Notes: generated from the sequence alone by a model not told the origin. Numbered from the stretch's first letter, positions 42,765-53,254 are shown. The stretch: DNA of 64,000 bases from Alphaproteobacteria bacterium (GCA_963422645.2 CAXXVO010000010.1:1-64000); one strand, 5' to 3'. Translations and numbers: made by a program.

Positions 42765-42920
42765 AGATGCGGGACGAGCGGCAGAAAGAAGCGGTCAGAA
42801 TAGCAGGGTATTCCAACTAATGTCAATGATATGGGCGCTGTAAAGGGGCCTCGTAGTGAGCAGCCGAACTCGCTTACAATGCGCGGCAAAGGGGCACAAC
42901 GCGGTTCAGGAACATAGCCG

Positions 42921-45203
42921 ATGCAGCTTCAGTTTCCGCTGTGGCCGGAAAACGCCATCGTCATCTCCGAGACGCTCGCAATGGTCGAAGAGGACGGAAG
43001 GGTCGTCTTTTTCAACAGCGCGGGCCCGATCTTCACCTATGCCGAAGACGATGCCCTCGGGAAACGCCACGCAATGGCGATGCTCACTGCACAGCGTCTG
43101 GTCTCAGCCGAAGCTCTGGCAAGGGCGATGGGTGTCAGCGGGCAGACCGTCCGGCGCAATCGTGACAAGTATCTCGACGGTGGGCTGGAGGCGCTCATCG
43201 CGAAGCCGCGTCCAAGAAAAGGATACAAGCTGGCCGGGGCCGAGCTCACCCTGGCACAGGAGCTGCTCGACGCAGGTGCGAGCGTGTCGGCAACAGGGCG
43301 TGCCGTCGGGGTCTCGGAAGGGTGCGTCAGGGCGGCGATCAAGACCGGCAAGCTGGTGCGGCCGGGCAAGCGGACGGCGCGAGGAGGCAAGGGTGCCGGG
43401 CCGGCGCAGGGTTCGGTTGCAGCTGCACCGGCGCCGGGCGCTCAGCGAACGGAAGCGCCGGTATCGTTGTCGCTCCCACAGGGCATCCTGGAGACCGGGC
43501 CGGGACCGTCGCTGCGTTCGGCGGCGGATGCGCAGTGCAGCGCCGGTGTTGCCGTCAAGCGGATTGAGGAACGGACTCTGGCGATGGCCGGCCGCCTGAC
43601 GGAGGCGCCGATGCAGGTGCAGGCGGCGGAAGCGGTGCCGGGAGCCGGTGTGCTGCTGGCGCTGCCGGCGGTGCTGGATCAGGGCCTGTTCGCGGCCGGC
43701 GAGCAAGCCTACGGCCATCTCAAGAAGGGCTTCTTCGGTCTGTGCAGCGTGCTGTTGTTGCTCACCTTCATGGCGCTGCTGCGGATACGCACGCCGGAGC
43801 AGCTCAAAGCCCATGCGCCGGGCGAACTCGGCCTGCTGCTCGGCCTCGACCGCGCGCCGGAGGTGAAGACCTTGCGCCGCAAGCTCGCGGAAATCGGCGC
43901 CATGGGCAAGGCGCGCCACTTCGCCGATGCGCTGGCCCGGCGTTGGGCGCGCCCCGAGGCGCTGGGCTATCTCTATGTCGACGGCCATGTCCGGCCCTAT
44001 CATGGCCGCAAGTACAAGATCCCGAAGACCTGGTCGCCGCAGCGTCGGCTGTGCATGCCGGCGACCTCCGATACCTGGGTGAACGACGCGCAGGCGCAGC
44101 CCTGGTTCTTCGTCACCGCCGAAGCCAATGACGACCTGCTGTCGATGCTTGAGAACGCGGTTCTCCCGAAAATCCGCGACGAGGTCGGCGCCGGGCCGCG
44201 GCCGACCGTGGTGTTCGATCGCGGCGCCTGGAGCCCGGCTGCCTTCCAGCGCTGGTCGATCGCCGGCTTCGACATCATGACCTATCGCAAGGGTCGCTAC
44301 GCCCCCTGGCCACAGCAGGACTTCGTCACCGTTGTCGATCCGAGCGGCCGGCAGAAGGCAGGCAAGCCGATGACCTGGAAGCTGGCCGAAAAGCCGCTCG
44401 CGCTCAGCACCGGGGGCGGTGACTCTCTGACAGTGCGCGAAGTTCGCAGGCTATGCGACAACGGCCACCAGACCTCGATCGTGACCACGCGCACCGACCT
44501 GTCGACCGGCGCCGTCGCCGCCCGGATGTTCGCGCGATGGCGGCAGGAGAACTACTTCAAATACATGCGCCAGGAATACGCCCTCGACCATCGGTGCAGC
44601 TATGCCGCAGAAGCCGCAGACCCCGACCGCCCGATGGCAAATCCTCAGATCAAGGCTCTGGAGAAAAGCCGGAAGATCGTGAAGAAGGCGCTCGACAAGC
44701 TTCGCATTCGCTACGGCGAACTGCGCGACCGGAAGCCGAGCGATCCGGACCTGCCGGACATCAGGGAATGGATCGGCGAGTTCGACCGTATCCTCAAGGA
44801 GATCCGGGCCGGGAAGAGAGCCTTGCCGAAGAAGGTGTCGGCCAAGACCGTGATGGACGAGGCGGACATCGTTCGTCTCGAGATCGAACGCAAGCGCTTC
44901 ACCGACCTGATCCGCATGATCGCATACCGCGCCGAGAGTGCGATGCTGCCCATGATCGCACCGCTGTTCATGCGCGATGCCGAGGAGGGCCGCACTTTCC
45001 TCAAGGCGGTCTACCAGCTTCCGGCCGACATGATCCCGCGACCCGAACGACAGATACTCATCCTCCGCTTCCACTCCATGGCCAACCCGCGATTCAACCG
45101 CGCTCTCGCTCATCTCTGCGAAAATCTCACCGCCGAATCGCACCTCTATCCGGGAACGCAACTCCGATTCGTCTTCCAGCCCCCGGCTCTTTCCGCCATT
45201 TGA
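42921..45203 (+). CDS. Large DDE transposase (760 aa) with N-terminal HTHs
   Basis: YVDGHVRPY, VFDRGAW, RWRQENYFKY. Confidence 0.85.
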   Translation: MQLQFPLWPENAIVISETLAMVEEDGRVVFFNSAGPIFTYAEDDALGKRHAMAMLTAQRLVSAEALARAMGVSGQTVRRNRDKYLDGGLEALIAKPRPRKGYKLAGAELTLAQELLDAGASVSATGRAVGVSEGCVRAAIKTGKLVRPGKRTARGGKGAGPAQGSVAAAPAPGAQRTEAPVSLSLPQGILETGPGPSLRSAADAQCSAGVAVKRIEERTLAMAGRLTEAPMQVQAAEAVPGAGVLLALPAVLDQGLFAAGEQAYGHLKKGFFGLCSVLLLLTFMALLRIRTPEQLKAHAPGELGLLLGLDRAPEVKTLRRKLAEIGAMGKARHFADALARRWARPEALGYLYVDGHVRPYHGRKYKIPKTWSPQRRLCMPATSDTWVNDAQAQPWFFVTAEANDDLLSMLENAVLPKIRDEVGAGPRPTVVFDRGAWSPAAFQRWSIAGFDIMTYRKGRYAPWPQQDFVTVVDPSGRQKAGKPMTWKLAEKPLALSTGGGDSLTVREVRRLCDNGHQTSIVTTRTDLSTGAVAARMFARWRQENYFKYMRQEYALDHRCSYAAEAADPDRPMANPQIKALEKSRKIVKKALDKLRIRYGELRDRKPSDPDLPDIREWIGEFDRILKEIRAGKRALPKKVSAKTVMDEADIVRLEIERKRFTDLIRMIAYRAESAMLPMIAPLFMRDAEEGRTFLKAVYQLPADMIPRPERQILILRFHSMANPRFNRALAHLCENLTAESHLYPGTQLRFVFQPPALSAI

Positions 45204-45227
45204 AATTGCACCATGTCAGGAGTTCTG

Positions 45228-45337
45228 AACCTATACAGTCAAGCGGGGATCAACGACGCGCCGACGGCGAAACGGCACCGACGGCAAGCAACATCAGCAC
45301 GCACTCAGAACTGGCGGCGGGGTACCTGGGTAGTTAC
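45228..45337 (-). mobile_element. Orphan left end of IS66 element 'C'
   Basis: Identical to 34448-34557, ending ACCTGGGTAGTTAC. Confidence 0.92.
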
Positions 45338-45494
45338 TGCCAGACGTTCGATAAGCAACAATGAATCGGGTGCCGGGAACCACCGACCGCACGCCGACAT
45401 CGCGCCGCGACTGAGGCGGCCGGCGGGGCGTGCTTTGGCCTGTGTCGGCCTGTATGGTGGCGCCGCGTCGGCGGGACGGAGAGGGAGAAGAGAG

Positions 45495-45890
45495 ATGGTT
45501 GAGTTGCCGGATCTGGCCAGACGGCTGCTGGACGGGAAGAATTTCGCGACCGTGGCAACCGTGATGGGGGACGGCCGGCCCCAGGCCTCCGTCGTCTGGA
45601 TCCATACCGACGGCCCGCACATCGTCTTCAACACGGCGGAAGGGCGCGTGAAGCCCCGCAACATGCGCCGCGACGCGCGGGTCGCGATCGCCGTGTTCGG
45701 CATGGAGAACCCCTACCAGCAGGCGATGATCCAGGGCCGCGTGGTGGCGATGGAGCACGAGGGCGCCGAAGAGCACATCGACGCGATGACCAAGAAGTAC
45801 CTGGACCTGGATAGCTATCCCCACCGCAAGGAGGGCGAAGAGCGAGTGATCGTCAAGGTCGCGCCCGAGAAAGTCGCGCTGATGGAGTAG
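45495..45890 (+). CDS. PPOX-class (F420-dependent-like) oxidoreductase
   Basis: FATVATVMGDGRPQASVVW, KPRNMRRDARV. Confidence 0.85.
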   Translation: MVELPDLARRLLDGKNFATVATVMGDGRPQASVVWIHTDGPHIVFNTAEGRVKPRNMRRDARVAIAVFGMENPYQQAMIQGRVVAMEHEGAEEHIDAMTKKYLDLDSYPHRKEGEERVIVKVAPEKVALME

Positions 45891-45924
45891 TTGCCGCCTG
45901 CGCCAGGACGAGGGGAGTTGAGCG

Positions 45925-46671
45925 ATGAGGCTAGAAGGCAAACGGGCACTGATCACGGGCGCGCTTGGCGGCATCGGCCGCAAGGTCGCCGAGCGTTTCG
46001 CCGCCGAGGGCGCCGAGCTCGCGCTGGCGGACGCAGCCTCGGGCGAGAGCCCCGTGGCTGGCGCGCGCTGCTATCAGGCCGATCTCAGCAGCGTCGCGGC
46101 GTGCCGGCGCCTCGCGGCCGAGGTCGAGGCCGATCTCGGCCCCATCGACTTGCTCGCCAACTGTGTCGGTGTCTTCGAGCAGATGCCCTTCGACGAGATC
46201 ACGGAGGAGAACTGGGATCGCAACGTCGACATCAACCTGAAGGGCGTGTTCTTCCTCATCCAGGCCGTGGTGCCGCAGATGCGCCAGCGCGGCGGCGGGC
46301 GCGTGGTCAACATCACCTCGATCGCCGCGACCCAGGGCTTCGCCAACGCCGAGGCGTATTGCGCGGCCAAGGGCGGGCTCCTCAACCTCACACAGGCGTT
46401 GGCCATGACGCTCGCGCCCGACGGCATCAACGTCAATGCGGTGGGACCCGGCTTCATCCGCACGCAGATGACCGAGCACCAATGGACCGACGACGCCTTC
46501 AACGCCGGCCTCGCCCGTATGCTGGCCACCCGCAAGGGCTACATGGAGCCCGACAACATCGCCGCAGCCGTGCTCTTCCTCTGCTCCGACGATGCCGCTC
46601 ATATCCACGGCACCAATCTGCGTGTGGACGACGGCTGGCTCTCCGGAATCGCGGGCGCCGCATTTACGTGA
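45925..46671 (+). CDS. SDR family oxidoreductase
   Basis: TGALGGIG, YCAAK, VNAVGPG. Confidence 0.92.
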   Translation: MRLEGKRALITGALGGIGRKVAERFAAEGAELALADAASGESPVAGARCYQADLSSVAACRRLAAEVEADLGPIDLLANCVGVFEQMPFDEITEENWDRNVDINLKGVFFLIQAVVPQMRQRGGGRVVNITSIAATQGFANAEAYCAAKGGLLNLTQALAMTLAPDGINVNAVGPGFIRTQMTEHQWTDDAFNAGLARMLATRKGYMEPDNIAAAVLFLCSDDAAHIHGTNLRVDDGWLSGIAGAAFT

Positions 46672-46705
46672 GGCCGGCTGCGGCCCTTATGACGGGACCC
46701 TTGCG

Positions 46706-47737
46706 ATGAAGTTCGGTCTGCTCTTCGCTCACCAGGTGCCGCCGGAGAGCGGCATTTCGAGCCAGGAAACCTACCGGGACATGCTGCGCTGCCTGCCGTG
46801 GGCAGAAGAGCTCGGCTACGTCTCCGCCTTCCAGTGCTCCCACCACATCCAGAAGGACGGTTTTTGCCCGGGCCCGCTGGTGGCGATGGCCGGCGCCGCG
46901 GCGGTCACCCAGCGGATGCGGATCGGCACGGCGGTTCTGCTGGTGCCGCTCTACGCCCCGCTCAAGCTCGCCGAGGATGTCGCGGTGATCGACAACCTCT
47001 CGGGCGGGCGCTTCGTCTTCGGCGTGGCGCCGGGGTACGTCACGCAGGAGTTCGCGGCCCACGGCGTGCCGCGGGAGGAACGCGTCGGCCGCTTTGAGGA
47101 AGCGCTCGATCTGATGGTCCAGGCCTGGACCGGGGAGCCTTTCTCCTTCGAGGGGCGCTACTACCGGGTGCCGGAGGGGCGGGTGACGCCGAAGCCGGTG
47201 CAAAGCCCGCATCCGCCCATCTGGTACGGGGTCTCTGCGCCCGGCTCTCTGCGCCGGGCGGCGGCGCGGCGCTCAGTGCAGATCATGTCGCCGCGCCACG
47301 GGCTCGCCGAGCTCGAAGCCCACTTCGAGCCATACGAAGCGGCTGCCGAGGCCGCCGGCTGGGAGATTCCGGAGCGGCCGATCATCCGCCAGGTGTTCGT
47401 CGCGCCGACCATGGCGGAGGCGGAGGCGAAGGCCGCACCTGCGGTGGACTACCTCTACCGCGAGCTCTACGGCGCTGCGTCGGCCGCCGGCGACCGGGTG
47501 CTGCGGCGGGACGACGGCAGCGTGATCGACGACCCCACCGAGGTCGCGTTCACGACCTTCAAGGACCGCTACATCATCGGCGATCCGGACTTCGCGATCC
47601 GCAGCATTCGGGACTATCAGGCGGCGGTGAACCCGAGCGAGATGATCTGCTGGATGCACATGCCGGGCGTTGCCGGCGCCGACGCAAAGGCCTCGGTCGA
47701 GCTCTTCGCCAGCGAAGTGATGCCGCACTTCCGATAG
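46706..47737 (+). CDS. LLM-class flavin-dependent oxidoreductase
   Basis: AEELGY...HH, RIGTAV..PL..P.KLAED, SGGR, PKPVQ.PHPPIW. Confidence 0.9.
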   Translation: MKFGLLFAHQVPPESGISSQETYRDMLRCLPWAEELGYVSAFQCSHHIQKDGFCPGPLVAMAGAAAVTQRMRIGTAVLLVPLYAPLKLAEDVAVIDNLSGGRFVFGVAPGYVTQEFAAHGVPREERVGRFEEALDLMVQAWTGEPFSFEGRYYRVPEGRVTPKPVQSPHPPIWYGVSAPGSLRRAAARRSVQIMSPRHGLAELEAHFEPYEAAAEAAGWEIPERPIIRQVFVAPTMAEAEAKAAPAVDYLYRELYGAASAAGDRVLRRDDGSVIDDPTEVAFTTFKDRYIIGDPDFAIRSIRDYQAAVNPSEMICWMHMPGVAGADAKASVELFASEVMPHFR

Positions 47738-47844
47738 ATCCGCGTTTCCGAACAATCAGATAATGTGGTCACACTGTGGTCTTGCACCCGGTCTCCCTGC
47801 GGCGTAGGGTGGGAAGGTCGCTCAGTTTCCAGGAAGCATCGGCT

Positions 47845-48156
47845 ATGGAATACGCCTTGCGCGATGCCAAGGCTCACCTTTCCAAGCTCATCAGGGACGC
47901 TCAGAACGGCAAACGTGTGGTCATCACCAAGCACGGCGAGCCGGTTGTCGAACTCGTGCGCTGCGCGGGGCGGGGCGGAATCGACTTCGACAAGCTGGAA
48001 GCGGACCGCCGGCGCCTTGGGATCGAGGACGCCTCCCCGGAAGAAGCCGAGGCGATGATCGCCGCCTTTCAAGATCCGGCGCTGAGCCGCCGGGTGCTCG
48101 GACTCGAAGACAAAACAGTCATGGTCCCCGCGGTTCTGAGCCACCCCGTGGCATGA
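47845..48156 (+). CDS. Phd/YefM-family antitoxin; last codons replaced by IS110 sequence
   Basis: LRDAKAHLSKLI..AQNGKRVVITKHGEPVVEL; native end reconstructed as ...EDKE* using 56957-56962. Confidence 0.85.
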   Translation: MEYALRDAKAHLSKLIRDAQNGKRVVITKHGEPVVELVRCAGRGGIDFDKLEADRRRLGIEDASPEEAEAMIAAFQDPALSRRVLGLEDKTVMVPAVLSHPVA

Positions 48157-48222
48157 AACAGGAGCGGTTCGGCTGACGTTTTCCTTGCGCTTGCACCCAT
48201 TTGCCGTGTCAGGATGGGTATT

Positions 48223-48405
48223 GGCGGAGGTGGGGACGTGTGAGCGTCGTTATATCGGTGACGTAGTTCCCGATGACAAAACTGCTTCCGGCGGCCGGCT
48301 CCGCACCCCGTATTGTACCCGGCCCGTGGCCGTGGACGCGCGGCAAATTGCACCGCACCCGCTCGTCGGATGCGTGTTCTTCCGACCGCTGTCCCCGCCT
48401 CCACC
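48223..48405 (+). ncRNA. Predicted IS110 bridge RNA (repeated in each unit)
   Basis: Closed by a long stem GGCGGAGGTGGGGAC/GTCCCCGCCTCCACC; contains target- and donor-matching segments (see findings). Confidence 0.65.
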
Positions 48406-48467
48406 GTGGCGATGCCACGGCGTGATCGTACGCCGCCGTGGCGAGAGCGCAAATGAGGAGGAAGGCG

Positions 48468-49718
48468 ATGAAGACGGAAGGCTTGCACGTCGTCCGGCCG
48501 CGCGCGGCGGGTCTGGACGTGCACAAGATGGAGATCACCGCGACGGTTCGCCTCTGTGAGGGCGAGGGTGAGCCGGTGGTGGAGACGCGCTGCTTCGGCA
48601 CGCTGCCGAGCGGTCTGGAGGAGATGGTCGCGTGGCTGACCGGTCACGGCGTCGAGGCTGCGGTGATGGAAGGGACCGGGGTCTACTGGCAGGCGCCCTT
48701 CGCGGCCCTGGAGGCGGCCGGGCTCGAGGCGATCCTGGTGCATGCGCGTCAGGTGAAGCAGTTGAAGGGGCGCAAGACCGACGTGGCGGACAGCGTGTGG
48801 CTGGCCTGCGTGTGCCAGTTCGGGCTCTGCACGCCTTCCCACGTTCCGCCTGAGCCGTTCCGGGAGCTGCGCGCACTGAGCCGCCAGCGCCGCGTCCTGG
48901 TCAGGCAGCGCTCCGCCGTGCGCAACCGCGTGCAGAAGATCATCGACCGCGCCGGTGCGCGCATCGGCGGCATCCTCTCCGACGTCTTCGGCGTCAACGG
49001 CCGGAAGATCCTCGACGGCCTGGCGCAGGGGACGGCGCGCGAGGTCATCCTCGCCTCGCTCACCAGCCACGTTGCGAACAAGCTGGAGGGGCTCGGCGAG
49101 GCGCTCACCCTGAGCCTGGGCGACAACGACCGCTTCATGCTCAACGACCTGCTGGAGGAGCATGACGCGCTTGAGGCGCGCATCGCGTCCTACACCAGGA
49201 AGATCGACGGGCAGATGACACCGTGGGAGGAGCAGCTCCGTCTGCTGACCACCATCCCCGGCATCGACCGCACCGCCGCCTCGACCATCCTCATCGAGAT
49301 CGGCCCCGACATCGGCGTGTTCGCCTCCAAGGAGCACTTCGCCGCCTGGGCCGGGCTCTGCCCCGGCAACAACGAGAGCGGGGGCAAGCGCCGCAACGCA
49401 CGCACCCGCATGGGCTCCAAGACCCTGCGCGCCTGCCTCGTCGAGTGTGCCCACGGCGCGGCCCGAACCAAGGGGTGCCAGTTCGAGGCTCATCACCGCG
49501 CCCTCGCCGCCCGGCGCGGCTACAAGCGCGCCATCGTCGCCGGCGCTCACAAGATGCTGCGCATCATCTATGTGGTGCTCAAGACCGGCAGGCCCTACTA
49601 CGACCGCACGGCCGACTACGACGCTCTGATGGTCAAGCGCAACGCTCCTCGGTGGATCCGCATGCTCCGCCGCTACGGCTACATCGAGCCCGTAGGCGCG
49701 GAACTCAAGGCCGCCTGA
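48468..49718 (+). CDS. IS110 recombinase, copy 1
   Basis: DEDD: GLDVHK, MEGTG, KTDVADS; catalytic Ser in NNESGGK; GAGGAGG RBS. Confidence 0.95.
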   Translation: MKTEGLHVVRPRAAGLDVHKMEITATVRLCEGEGEPVVETRCFGTLPSGLEEMVAWLTGHGVEAAVMEGTGVYWQAPFAALEAAGLEAILVHARQVKQLKGRKTDVADSVWLACVCQFGLCTPSHVPPEPFRELRALSRQRRVLVRQRSAVRNRVQKIIDRAGARIGGILSDVFGVNGRKILDGLAQGTAREVILASLTSHVANKLEGLGEALTLSLGDNDRFMLNDLLEEHDALEARIASYTRKIDGQMTPWEEQLRLLTTIPGIDRTAASTILIEIGPDIGVFASKEHFAAWAGLCPGNNESGGKRRNARTRMGSKTLRACLVECAHGAARTKGCQFEAHHRALAARRGYKRAIVAGAHKMLRIIYVVLKTGRPYYDRTADYDALMVKRNAPRWIRMLRRYGYIEPVGAELKAA

Positions 49719-50235
49719 GCGGCCCGCATCTCGTCAGCCGGCTACGCGGGACCGCTTCGGACCACATCGGGGAAGTCCACCGCTCGTCTCCGCCGCGCCG
49801 ACCCTGGCGGTCTCAGCCAACGCCGTGACCTCGGGGTTGGAGCGTCACCGCGCGTCCCTCGCCAGAATCTGTTTCACGGCAAACAGTCATGGTCCCCGCG
49901 GTTCTGAGCCACCCCGTGGCATGAAACAGGAGCGGTTCGGCTGACGTTTTCCTTGCGCTTGCACCCATTTGCCGTGTCAGGATGGGTATTGGCGGAGGTG
50001 GGGACGTGTGAGCGTCGTTATATCGGTGACGTAGTTCCCGATGACAAAACTGCTTCCGGCGGCCGGCTCCGCACCCCGTATTGTACCCGGCCCGTGGCCG
50101 TGGACGCGCGGCAAATTGCACCGCACCCGCTCGTCGGATGCGTGTTCTTCCGACCGCTGTCCCCGCCTCCACCGTGGCGATGCCACGGCGTGATCGTACG
50201 CCGCCGTGGCGAGAGCGCAAATGAGGAGGAAGGCG

Positions 50236-51486
50236 ATGAAGACGGAAGGCTTGCACGTCGTCCGGCCGCGCGCGGCGGGTCTGGACGTGCACAAGATGGA
50301 GATCACCGCGACGGTTCGCCTCTGTGAGGGCGAGGGTGAGCCGGTGGTGGAGACGCGCTGCTTCGGCACGCTGCCGAGCGGTCTGGAGGAGATGGTCGCG
50401 TGGCTGACCGGTCACGGCGTCGAGGCTGCGGTGATGGAAGGGACCGGGGTCTACTGGCAGGCGCCCTTCGCGGCCCTGGAGGCGGCCGGGCTCGAGGCGA
50501 TCCTGGTGCATGCGCGTCAGGTGAAGCAGTTGAAGGGGCGCAAGACCGACGTGGCGGACAGCGTGTGGCTGGCCTGCGTGTGCCAGTTCGGGCTCTGCAC
50601 GCCTTCCCACGTTCCGCCTGAGCCGTTCCGGGAGCTGCGCGCACTGAGCCGCCAGCGCCGCGTCCTGGTCAGGCAGCGCTCCGCCGTGCGCAACCGCGTG
50701 CAGAAGATCATCGACCGCGCCGGTGCGCGCATCGGCGGCATCCTCTCCGACGTCTTCGGCGTCAACGGCCGGAAGATCCTCGACGGCCTGGCGCAGGGGA
50801 CGGCGCGCGAGGTCATCCTCGCCTCGCTCACCAGCCACGTTGCGAACAAGCTGGAGGGGCTCGGCGAGGCGCTCACCCTGAGCCTGGGCGACAACGACCG
50901 CTTCATGCTCAACGACCTGCTGGAGGAGCATGACGCGCTTGAGGCGCGCATCGCGTCCTACACCAGGAAGATCGACGGGCAGATGACACCGTGGGAGGAG
51001 CAGCTCCGTCTGCTGACCACCATCCCCGGCATCGACCGCACCGCCGCCTCGACCATCCTCATCGAGATCGGCCCCGACATCGGCGTGTTCGCCTCCAAGG
51101 AGCACTTCGCCGCCTGGGCCGGGCTCTGCCCCGGCAACAACGAGAGCGGGGGCAAGCGCCGCAACGCACGCACCCGCATGGGCTCCAAGACCCTGCGCGC
51201 CTGCCTCGTCGAGTGTGCCCACGGCGCGGCCCGAACCAAGGGGTGCCAGTTCGAGGCTCATCACCGCGCCCTCGCCGCCCGGCGCGGCTACAAGCGCGCC
51301 ATCGTCGCCGGCGCTCACAAGATGCTGCGCATCATCTATGTGGTGCTCAAGACCGGCAGGCCCTACTACGACCGCACGGCCGACTACGACGCTCTGATGG
51401 TCAAGCGCAACGCTCCTCGGTGGATCCGCATGCTCCGCCGCTACGGCTACATCGAGCCCGTAGGCGCGGAACTCAAGGCCGCCTGA
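50236..51486 (+). CDS. IS110 recombinase, copy 2
   Basis: Identical translation to copy 1. Confidence 0.93.
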   Translation: MKTEGLHVVRPRAAGLDVHKMEITATVRLCEGEGEPVVETRCFGTLPSGLEEMVAWLTGHGVEAAVMEGTGVYWQAPFAALEAAGLEAILVHARQVKQLKGRKTDVADSVWLACVCQFGLCTPSHVPPEPFRELRALSRQRRVLVRQRSAVRNRVQKIIDRAGARIGGILSDVFGVNGRKILDGLAQGTAREVILASLTSHVANKLEGLGEALTLSLGDNDRFMLNDLLEEHDALEARIASYTRKIDGQMTPWEEQLRLLTTIPGIDRTAASTILIEIGPDIGVFASKEHFAAWAGLCPGNNESGGKRRNARTRMGSKTLRACLVECAHGAARTKGCQFEAHHRALAARRGYKRAIVAGAHKMLRIIYVVLKTGRPYYDRTADYDALMVKRNAPRWIRMLRRYGYIEPVGAELKAA

Positions 51487-52003
51487 GCGGCCCGCATCTC
51501 GTCAGCCGGCTACGCGGGACCGCTTCGGACCACATCGGGGAAGTCCACCGCTCGTCTCCGCCGCGCCGACCCTGGCGGTCTCAGCCAACGCCGTGACCTC
51601 GGGGTTGGAGCGTCACCGCGCGTCCCTCGCCAGAATCTGTTTCACGGCAAACAGTCATGGTCCCCGCGGTTCTGAGCCACCCCGTGGCATGAAACAGGAG
51701 CGGTTCGGCTGACGTTTTCCTTGCGCTTGCACCCATTTGCCGTGTCAGGATGGGTATTGGCGGAGGTGGGGACGTGTGAGCGTCGTTATATCGGTGACGT
51801 AGTTCCCGATGACAAAACTGCTTCCGGCGGCCGGCTCCGCACCCCGTATTGTACCCGGCCCGTGGCCGTGGACGCGCGGCAAATTGCACCGCACCCGCTC
51901 GTCGGATGCGTGTTCTTCCGACCGCTGTCCCCGCCTCCACCGTGGCGATGCCACGGCGTGATCGTACGCCGCCGTGGCGAGAGCGCAAATGAGGAGGAAG
52001 GCG

Positions 52004-53254
52004 ATGAAGACGGAAGGCTTGCACGTCGTCCGGCCGCGCGCGGCGGGTCTGGACGTGCACAAGATGGAGATCACCGCGACGGTTCGCCTCTGTGAGGGCG
52101 AGGGTGAGCCGGTGGTGGAGACGCGCTGCTTCGGCACGCTGCCGAGCGGTCTGGAGGAGATGGTCGCGTGGCTGACCGGTCACGGCGTCGAGGCTGCGGT
52201 GATGGAAGGGACCGGGGTCTACTGGCAGGCGCCCTTCGCGGCCCTGGAGGCGGCCGGGCTCGAGGCGATCCTGGTGCATGCGCGTCAGGTGAAGCAGTTG
52301 AAGGGGCGCAAGACCGACGTGGCGGACAGCGTGTGGCTGGCCTGCGTGTGCCAGTTCGGGCTCTGCACGCCTTCCCACGTTCCGCCTGAGCCGTTCCGGG
52401 AGCTGCGCGCACTGAGCCGCCAGCGCCGCGTCCTGGTCAGGCAGCGCTCCGCCGTGCGCAACCGCGTGCAGAAGATCATCGACCGCGCCGGTGCGCGCAT
52501 CGGCGGCATCCTCTCCGACGTCTTCGGCGTCAACGGCCGGAAGATCCTCGACGGCCTGGCGCAGGGGACGGCGCGCGAGGTCATCCTCGCCTCGCTCACC
52601 AGCCACGTTGCGAACAAGCTGGAGGGGCTCGGCGAGGCGCTCACCCTGAGCCTGGGCGACAACGACCGCTTCATGCTCAACGACCTGCTGGAGGAGCATG
52701 ACGCGCTTGAGGCGCGCATCGCGTCCTACACCAGGAAGATCGACGGGCAGATGACACCGTGGGAGGAGCAGCTCCGTCTGCTGACCACCATCCCCGGCAT
52801 CGACCGCACCGCCGCCTCGACCATCCTCATCGAGATCGGCCCCGACATCGGCGTGTTCGCCTCCAAGGAGCACTTCGCCGCCTGGGCCGGGCTCTGCCCC
52901 GGCAACAACGAGAGCGGGGGCAAGCGCCGCAACGCACGCACCCGCATGGGCTCCAAGACCCTGCGCGCCTGCCTCGTCGAGTGTGCCCACGGCGCGGCCC
53001 GAACCAAGGGGTGCCAGTTCGAGGCTCATCACCGCGCCCTCGCCGCCCGGCGCGGCTACAAGCGCGCCATCGTCGCCGGCGCTCACAAGATGCTGCGCAT
53101 CATCTATGTGGTGCTCAAGACCGGCAGGCCCTACTACGACCGCACGGCCGACTACGACGCTCTGATGGTCAAGCGCAACGCTCCTCGGTGGATCCGCATG
53201 CTCCGCCGCTACGGCTACATCGAGCCCGTAGGCGCGGAACTCAAGGCCGCCTGA
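52004..53254 (+). CDS. IS110 recombinase, copy 3
   Basis: Identical translation to copy 1. Confidence 0.93.
   Translation: MKTEGLHVVRPRAAGLDVHKMEITATVRLCEGEGEPVVETRCFGTLPSGLEEMVAWLTGHGVEAAVMEGTGVYWQAPFAALEAAGLEAILVHARQVKQLKGRKTDVADSVWLACVCQFGLCTPSHVPPEPFRELRALSRQRRVLVRQRSAVRNRVQKIIDRAGARIGGILSDVFGVNGRKILDGLAQGTAREVILASLTSHVANKLEGLGEALTLSLGDNDRFMLNDLLEEHDALEARIASYTRKIDGQMTPWEEQLRLLTTIPGIDRTAASTILIEIGPDIGVFASKEHFAAWAGLCPGNNESGGKRRNARTRMGSKTLRACLVECAHGAARTKGCQFEAHHRALAARRGYKRAIVAGAHKMLRIIYVVLKTGRPYYDRTADYDALMVKRNAPRWIRMLRRYGYIEPVGAELKAA

Larger units (their letters stand above)
40151..45227 (+). mobile_element. Large DDE element (IS4-superfamily-like, family unassigned), outer
   Basis: TIRs CAGAACTCCTGACAT (40151) / ATGTCAGGAGTTCTG (45227); flanks do not duplicate. 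Confidence 0.85.
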
